A DNA stretch of 64,000 nt from an uncultured Chloroflexia bacterium (GTDB taxonomy: Bacteria; Chloroflexota; Dehalococcoidia; UBA2979), in NCBI GenBank assembly GCA_963728205.1, contig CAVSIV010000001.1, positions 768,001-832,000 on the forward strand, written 5' to 3'. A model generated the notes under the pieces. That model was given only the letters and a program-made list of their open reading frames with translations, had not been told where the DNA came from and searched no databases. Positions 58,569 to 64,000 of this stretch are shown in pieces. How positions within the stretch are numbered: the stretch's first letter is position 1; each line of letters begins with the position of its first letter. The translations under genes were made by a program, and so were the position numbers.

Positions 58569-61049
58569 GTGTCCGACGACGCATCGCCACCGCCCCCCGG
58601 GCCGCTCGCCGGCATCCGCGTCCTCGACCTCGCGACCGCGCGCGGCGAGCTCGCGGGGCGGCTGCTCGCCGACCTCGGCGCGGAGGTGATCAAGGTCGAG
58701 CCGCCCGGCGGCGCCGAGGCACGCCGCCGGCCGCCGTTCGTCGCCGGCCGCGAGGCCGACCCCGAGGCGTCGCTCTTCTGGGCCGCCGTCGCGCTGGGCA
58801 AGCGCAGCGTCGTCCTCGACCTCGCGGACCCGGCGCAGCGCGCGCGCCTGCTGCCGCTCGTGGACGCGGTCGACGTGCTGATCGAGTCGTCCGACCCGGG
58901 AGCGCTCGACGCGCTCGGGCTCGGCTACGACGTGCTCGCCGCCCGCAACCCGGCGCTCGTCTACGTCTCGATCACGCCGTTCGGGCAGGAGGGCCCGAAG
59001 TCCCGCCGCCCGGCGACCGAGCTCACCGTCGAGGCCGCCGGCGGCCTCGTCGCGCTGCAGGGCGACGGCGACCGCCCGCCGGTGCCGGTTGGCTACCCGC
59101 AGGCGGCCTTCCACGCCGCCGCCCAGGCGGCGGCCGACGCCGTGATCGCGCTGAACGAGCGCGCCGTGTCGGGGCGCGGGCAGCACCTCGACACCTCGAT
59201 GCAGGACGCCATCGTCTGGACGCTGCTCAACGCCACCGGCTTCCCGCCGAACGTCGGCCGCGAGCCGCCGTTCGCGGGCGACGACCGCGCCGCCCCGCGC
59301 CCGGCGCTGCACGGCCTGCGGCTCGGCGGGCTGAACCTGCTCGAGGCCGCCGACGGCTGGGTCCTCGCGAACCTGGGGCTCGGCCTCTACGGCGCGCGCG
59401 TGTGGGAGGGCATCGCCACGGTCGCCGCCGCCGACGGGCGGCTCGATGACCGCCTGCGCGGCCTCGACTGGGCGGAGTTCGCAGCTGCGATGGCGCAGGG
59501 CGCGGCGCCGGAGCCGCTCGGCCACGCGGCCGTCGCGATGGTGATGGAGACCGTTCGCGCGCACACGAAGGCGGAGCTGATGGAGCTCGCCGTCGCGCGC
59601 GACATGATGGTCGCGGCCGTGCAGCGCGTCGACGACCTCGTGGAGCGCGACCCGCAGCTGGCGGCGCGGGGCTACTGGACGACGCTCGCCGACGGCCACA
59701 CCTACCCCGGCCCGGCGGTGCGGCTGTCGCGCACGCCGGTGCGCCTCGCGGCACCGGCGCCGGCCCTGGGCGCGGACCAGGCGCTGCTGGACGCGCCGCC
59801 CCCGGCGCCGTCCCGCGCCACCCCGTCCGCCGACGCCGATCGCGCCGGTGAGGCCTACGCCGGCCTCCGCGTCGCCGACTTCTCGTGGGTCGGCGTCGGT
59901 CCGATCAGCGCGAAGTCGCTCGCCGATCACGGCGCCACCGTCGTGCACGTCGAGTCGATCGCCCGCCCCGACGTGCTGCGCGCGCTCCCGCCGTTCCGCG
60001 ACGGCGTGCCGGGCATCAACCGCTCGCAGTTCTTCGCCGACTACAACAGTTCGAAGCTCGGGCTCGCGCTTAACCTCGCGACGCCGGAGGGCGTCGCCGT
60101 CGCGCGTCGGCTCATCCGCTGGGCCGACGTCGTCGTCGACTCGTTCACCCCCGGCACGATGGAGCGCCTCGGCCTCGACCCCGACGTCATCTGCGCAGGG
60201 CAGCCGGATCTCGTCTGGTACTCCACGAGCCTGCGCGGTGCGACCGGCCCGCACGCCGCGTTCGCCGGCTTCGGTCAGCAGGGCTCGGCGCTCGCCGGCC
60301 TGCACGGCATCACCGGCTGGCCCGATCGCGCGCCCGCCGGCACCTGGGGCGCGTACACCGACATGATCGCCCCGCGCTACGGCACGGCCGCGCTCGGCGC
60401 CGCGCTGCTCGAGCGCCGGCGCAGCGGCCGCGGACAGCGCATCGATCTCGCGCAGGTCGAGGCCGGCATCCACTTTCTCGAGCCGCTCGTGCTCGACGAC
60501 ACGGTGAACGGCCGCGCCGCCGCCGCGGCCGGCCACGAGTCCCCGCTTGCCTGCCCGCACGGCGTGTACGCCGCGGCCGGCGTCGAGCGCTACGTCGCGA
60601 TCGCGGTCGAGATGCCGGCGCAATGGGATGCGCTGCGCGCGGCCGCCGGCCTCGAAGCGTGCGCCCCCGCCGGCGCATCGCTCGCGGACCGCATCGCCGC
60701 GCGCGACGCCATCAACGCGGCGCTGGGCGGCTGGTGCGCGACGCAGGACGCGCGGGCCATCGAGGAGCGGCTCGCCGTCGCGGGCGTTCCGGCGTCGGTC
60801 TGCCAGCGCCCGAGCGACCTCTACCGCGACCCGCAGCTCGCCGCGCGCGGCTTCTTCGTCACGCTCGACCATCCCGAGATGGGCCCGACGCCGTACGACG
60901 GCCTCGTCACGCACTTCTCGGCGAAGCGCGAGATGCTGCATGGCCCGGCGCCGCTGCTCGGCCAGCACACGCACCAGGTGCTGAGTCGGTTCCTCGGCAT
61001 GAGCGACGCGGAGATCGCGAACCTCGCCGCGGCCGGCGTGCTGTCGTGA
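58569..61049 (+). CDS. family III CoA-transferase (CaiB/BaiF), tandem two-domain fusion
   Basis: PLAGIRVLDL...LADLGAEVIKVEPPGG and second copy YAGLRVADFSW...LADHGATVVHVES; GAYTD; APLLGQHT. Confidence 0.92.
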   Translation: MSDDASPPPPGPLAGIRVLDLATARGELAGRLLADLGAEVIKVEPPGGAEARRRPPFVAGREADPEASLFWAAVALGKRSVVLDLADPAQRARLLPLVDAVDVLIESSDPGALDALGLGYDVLAARNPALVYVSITPFGQEGPKSRRPATELTVEAAGGLVALQGDGDRPPVPVGYPQAAFHAAAQAAADAVIALNERAVSGRGQHLDTSMQDAIVWTLLNATGFPPNVGREPPFAGDDRAAPRPALHGLRLGGLNLLEAADGWVLANLGLGLYGARVWEGIATVAAADGRLDDRLRGLDWAEFAAAMAQGAAPEPLGHAAVAMVMETVRAHTKAELMELAVARDMMVAAVQRVDDLVERDPQLAARGYWTTLADGHTYPGPAVRLSRTPVRLAAPAPALGADQALLDAPPPAPSRATPSADADRAGEAYAGLRVADFSWVGVGPISAKSLADHGATVVHVESIARPDVLRALPPFRDGVPGINRSQFFADYNSSKLGLALNLATPEGVAVARRLIRWADVVVDSFTPGTMERLGLDPDVICAGQPDLVWYSTSLRGATGPHAAFAGFGQQGSALAGLHGITGWPDRAPAGTWGAYTDMIAPRYGTAALGAALLERRRSGRGQRIDLAQVEAGIHFLEPLVLDDTVNGRAAAAAGHESPLACPHGVYAAAGVERYVAIAVEMPAQWDALRAAAGLEACAPAGASLADRIAARDAINAALGGWCATQDARAIEERLAVAGVPASVCQRPSDLYRDPQLAARGFFVTLDHPEMGPTPYDGLVTHFSAKREMLHGPAPLLGQHTHQVLSRFLGMSDAEIANLAAAGVLS

Positions 61050-61119
61050 GCTGCGCAACTGTCGTGGCCCACGTCCCCGCGACACCGGCGGCGCGTCTGC
61101 CGCCGCCGGCGGGAAGCGA

Positions 61120-62643
61120 CTACCCCCCGGTCCGCTCCAGCCGCACCGCGACGTCGTCGCGATAGACCTCGCGCCAGCGGCCGCTCGCGACGAGGTACAG
61201 CTCGAGCGGCGTGTCGGGCGGGATGAGCACCTCGCGGATCCTGTAGCGGTCGAGCACGCCCTCCGGCGCGACGGCGAGGCGGATGACGTCGACGTAGTCC
61301 CGGTACACCGATGTCTGCGTGTAGAGGTCGTGCTGGCGGCCGTCGATAAAGACGTGCAGCCGCGGCCACTCCGTCCAGATCACGTAGCCGCCCCAGTTGT
61401 AGTCGTTGAAGAGCGGCCCGCTCGGCGCGGCGGCGGCGAGTGAGCGTACCGCCGCGACCGGGACCGGCTCGCTCGGCGGCGTGTGGACCGCGCGCGCGCC
61501 GAGCGCGACCGCGATCACGACGACGACCGCGAGGTTCGCGACGCTTTGCGCGCGCGTCGGTGCGGCAGGGGACGACGCGCCCAGCGCGCGCAGCCACCCG
61601 AGCCGTCGCGGCACGGCGACGACCGGATCGCCGGGCGCCGCGATTGCGCGCGCCCACAGCATCGCGAGCGCCAGCGACGCGAACGGCACGTAGCGGGTCG
61701 CCCACAGCCCGGCGAGGGCGAAGGCGAGCGATGCAGCCAGGTCGAACAGCGCGAGCCGCGGCCGGCGCACGGCCAACAGCGCGACATAACCGAACACCAG
61801 CAGCGCGAACGGCCACGACGGAGCGAGCGTCAGGTCGGTGGGCTGCCACTCCTGGATGACCTTGCTGCCGGCGAAGGTGATCGACGTCACGGGGTAGCGC
61901 AGCAGCTCGAACCCGTTCGGGTTGACGATCGTCGCGACGATCGAGACGGCGAGCGCGGCCGCGAGGTGCAGCCGCCATCGCGGCGCGAGCGACCCGCCGG
62001 CGCGCCACCCGAGCAGGGGAGCGCCGAGTTCGGCGGCGAGGAACAGCGCGACCAGCGCGAAGCCGATCACGAACGCCGCGTGCACGTTCGCCCACAGCAG
62101 GAAGACCGCGGGCAGCGCCCAGGCGCTGCGGTCGGGCCGCCGCGACCACCGCTGCAGCCACGCGAAGAGCGCGACGAAGAGCAGGAACGACAGCACCTGC
62201 GGCCGCGAGCCGACGAACGGCAGGCACGCGGTGACGGTCGTGATCGCAATGAGGAGCGCCGCGAGCCGTGCCACGCCCACGCGCCGCATGGCCGCGACCA
62301 GCACGAGCGCCGTCGTCGCGAACGCGAGCGCGAACAGCGCGCGCGCCCCGGCCGCGCCGAACGCGCGGTGCAGTTCGTACATCGCGAGCTCGGGGAGCCA
62401 CTCGTGGACCGTCCAGCGCTGGCCCGCGGCGGTGAACGAGAACGGGTCGTGGATCGGCAGCCGGTGCTGCTGGGCGAGGTAGCGCCCGACCGCGAGGTGC
62501 CACCAGTAGTCGTAATCGGTGCGCACGAGGAACGTCACGTCGAACGCGACCAGCGCAACCACGGAGGCGACGAGCGCGTCGAGGCCGAAGGCGAGGCGAA
62601 GGCGGGGCCGGGCGCGGGCGGCGGGCTCCGGGTCGGGCGTCAC
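61120..62643 (-). CDS. uncharacterised GT-C-like polytopic membrane protein
   Basis: DYWWHL, DPFSF, HEWL, RPQ, LWANVH, NPNG, EWQP, FNDYNWGGY, FIDGR; start uncertain. Confidence 0.75.
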   Translation of the reverse strand: MTPDPEPAARARPRLRLAFGLDALVASVVALVAFDVTFLVRTDYDYWWHLAVGRYLAQQHRLPIHDPFSFTAAGQRWTVHEWLPELAMYELHRAFGAAGARALFALAFATTALVLVAAMRRVGVARLAALLIAITTVTACLPFVGSRPQVLSFLLFVALFAWLQRWSRRPDRSAWALPAVFLLWANVHAAFVIGFALVALFLAAELGAPLLGWRAGGSLAPRWRLHLAAALAVSIVATIVNPNGFELLRYPVTSITFAGSKVIQEWQPTDLTLAPSWPFALLVFGYVALLAVRRPRLALFDLAASLAFALAGLWATRYVPFASLALAMLWARAIAAPGDPVVAVPRRLGWLRALGASSPAAPTRAQSVANLAVVVVIAVALGARAVHTPPSEPVPVAAVRSLAAAAPSGPLFNDYNWGGYVIWTEWPRLHVFIDGRQHDLYTQTSVYRDYVDVIRLAVAPEGVLDRYRIREVLIPPDTPLELYLVASGRWREVYRDDVAVRLERTGG

Positions 62644-62863
62644 AGTCGGCTCCGTCGCGTCGCGCGGGTGGCCCCCGGAGATGGTGCGCGACGGCGCGCG
62701 TGACGACAATGGCGCGACACCCAGCGCCACTCGGTGGCGATCGGGAGGGCGGTCCCGGGAGACGGACCCGGCAGTGCACACGACCGCGCCGGCGCCGTCT
62801 GGCCGGCCACGCAGCGAATCGCAAGCACCCCGCACCGGCGGCGACGGCGGCGCGCGCGGCGTC

Positions 62864-64000
62864 ATGCGTACCGCGCGCCCATGGACGCGGGCGGAATGGG
62901 GGGCGCTGGCGGCCGCGCTCGTCCTGGGCTTCGCCCTGCGCGCGCTTGCCGTGCTGCCGCGCGACTTCCCCCTCAACGACGGCGGCCTGTTCGACCTGAT
63001 GGTGCTGGCGGTGCGGCACGCGCATTTCGCTCTGCCGCGCGCGGTCGACTACAACGGCGCCACGCTCCCGTTCGACTACCCGCCCCTCGGCTTCTACGCG
63101 GCTGCCGCGCTCACGGCCACGACGCCGCTCAGCGTGCTCGACGCGCTGCGCTGGCTCCCGCTCCTCGTCAGCACCGCGACGATCGTGCCCGCCGCGCTGA
63201 TCGCGCGACGCGCGCTGCCTTCGCGGCCGGCCTGGGGCGTGGCGCTGTTCGTCTTCGCCGCCGTGCCGTCGGGCTACGCGTGGATGGTGATGGGCGGCGG
63301 GCTGACGCGCTCGTTCGGGTTGCTGTTCGGACTGTTCGCCGTGCACGCGCTGATGCGCGGCTTCGCGTGGCCGACCCCCGGACGGGGCGCGCTTGCGGCG
63401 GTGCTGTGCGCGCTGAGCCTGCTCAGCCACCTCGAGGCGTCGTCGCTCGTCGCGGGAGGGGCGCTCGCGCTGCTCGTGGCCGGGCCGCGTGACCGTCCGC
63501 GTCTGGCGTGGCTCGCGGCGGTCGCGGGCGCTGCGGCGGTGCTTGCCGCGCCGTGGTGGGCGACGGTGCTTGCGCGCGACGGGCTCTCCGGGTTCGCGCA
63601 CGCGCTGGGGAGCGGGCCCGGGCCGCTGGTGCGCGTCGTGAGCGCGCTCGCCGAGCCGGTGTTGAACGAGCCGCTGGTCGGGTCGCTCGCGCTCCTCGGC
63701 GCCGTCGCCGCCTGGTGGCGCGGCCGCCGCTTCGCCCCGACCTGGTTCTTCCTGGCGTTCCTGCTCACGCGCAACGCGGTCACGTACGGCGCGGTGGCGG
63801 CGGCGATCCTGGTCGCGGAGGGGCTATGCGGCGTGCTCCTCCCGTTCGTCGGGCGGGTGGGTCGGACCCACCGCGGGCGGCGGCTCGCGCTCGGCGCGCG
63901 CACGTGGGACGTCCGCTGGCGTCCGCTGCTGCCGCAGCTCGTTGTCATCGGCGCGGTGCTGTTCGTCGCCTGGGTGGAGGCCGCGAACGCGCGTCGCGCC
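62864..64000 (+). CDS. GT-C-like (ArnT/PMT-like) membrane glycosyltransferase, truncated by the window end
   Basis: Translated by eye from ATG 62864: ...FPLNDGGLF...YNGATLPFDYPPLGFY...GGGLTRS...; absent from the ORF track because it runs off the edge. Confidence 0.7.
   Translation, partial: MRTARPWTRAEWGALAAALVLGFALRALAVLPRDFPLNDGGLFDLMVLAVRHAHFALPRAVDYNGATLPFDYPPLGFYAAAALTATTPLSVLDALRWLPLLVSTATIVPAALIARRALPSRPAWGVALFVFAAVPSGYAWMVMGGGLTRSFGLLFGLFAVHALMRGFAWPTPGRGALAAVLCALSLLSHLEASSLVAGGALALLVAGPRDRPRLAWLAAVAGAAAVLAAPWWATVLARDGLSGFAHALGSGPGPLVRVVSALAEPVLNEPLVGSLALLGAVAAWWRGRRFAPTWFFLAFLLTRNAVTYGAVAAAILVAEGLCGVLLPFVGRVGRTHRGRRLALGARTWDVRWRPLLPQLVVIGAVLFVAWVEAANARRA

Overview
Very GC-rich bacterial chromosomal DNA. 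Gene content and style suggest a monoderm, probably Chloroflexota (Dehalococcoidia-like); this is inference. No tRNA, rRNA, CRISPR array, integrase or transposase was seen. Main content: (1) a Tad/Flp pilus locus (4959-13938, minus) with two c-di-GMP-I (GEMM) riboswitches, each behind a sigma28-like promoter, plus a terminator, an unexplained structured leader before flp and two apparent frameshifts; (2) an ECF sigma/RskA-like anti-sigma pair divergent from a COG4315 lipoprotein, with matching promoters readable on both strands; (3) a soluble three-gene signalling operon: a 4xPAS protein ending in a VGRELKM helix, a sensor-less His kinase with four in-register R(R/K)A(M/V)xHIxxD motifs, and a REC-GAF hybrid kinase, which is the best candidate for an undescribed system; (4) trpB2; (5) an ArsR-rhodanese-TauE-persulfide dioxygenase operon; (6) a beta-lactamase-fold protein with CxxN replacing SxxK; (7) a compact nine-gene V/A-type ATPase operon; (8) many acyl-CoA metabolism genes, MFS transporters and GT-C-like membrane proteins. 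Non-coding repeats are a 23-bp tandem array and four REP/REPIN-like palindrome doublets. All calls come from motifs read by eye; no database searches were run.
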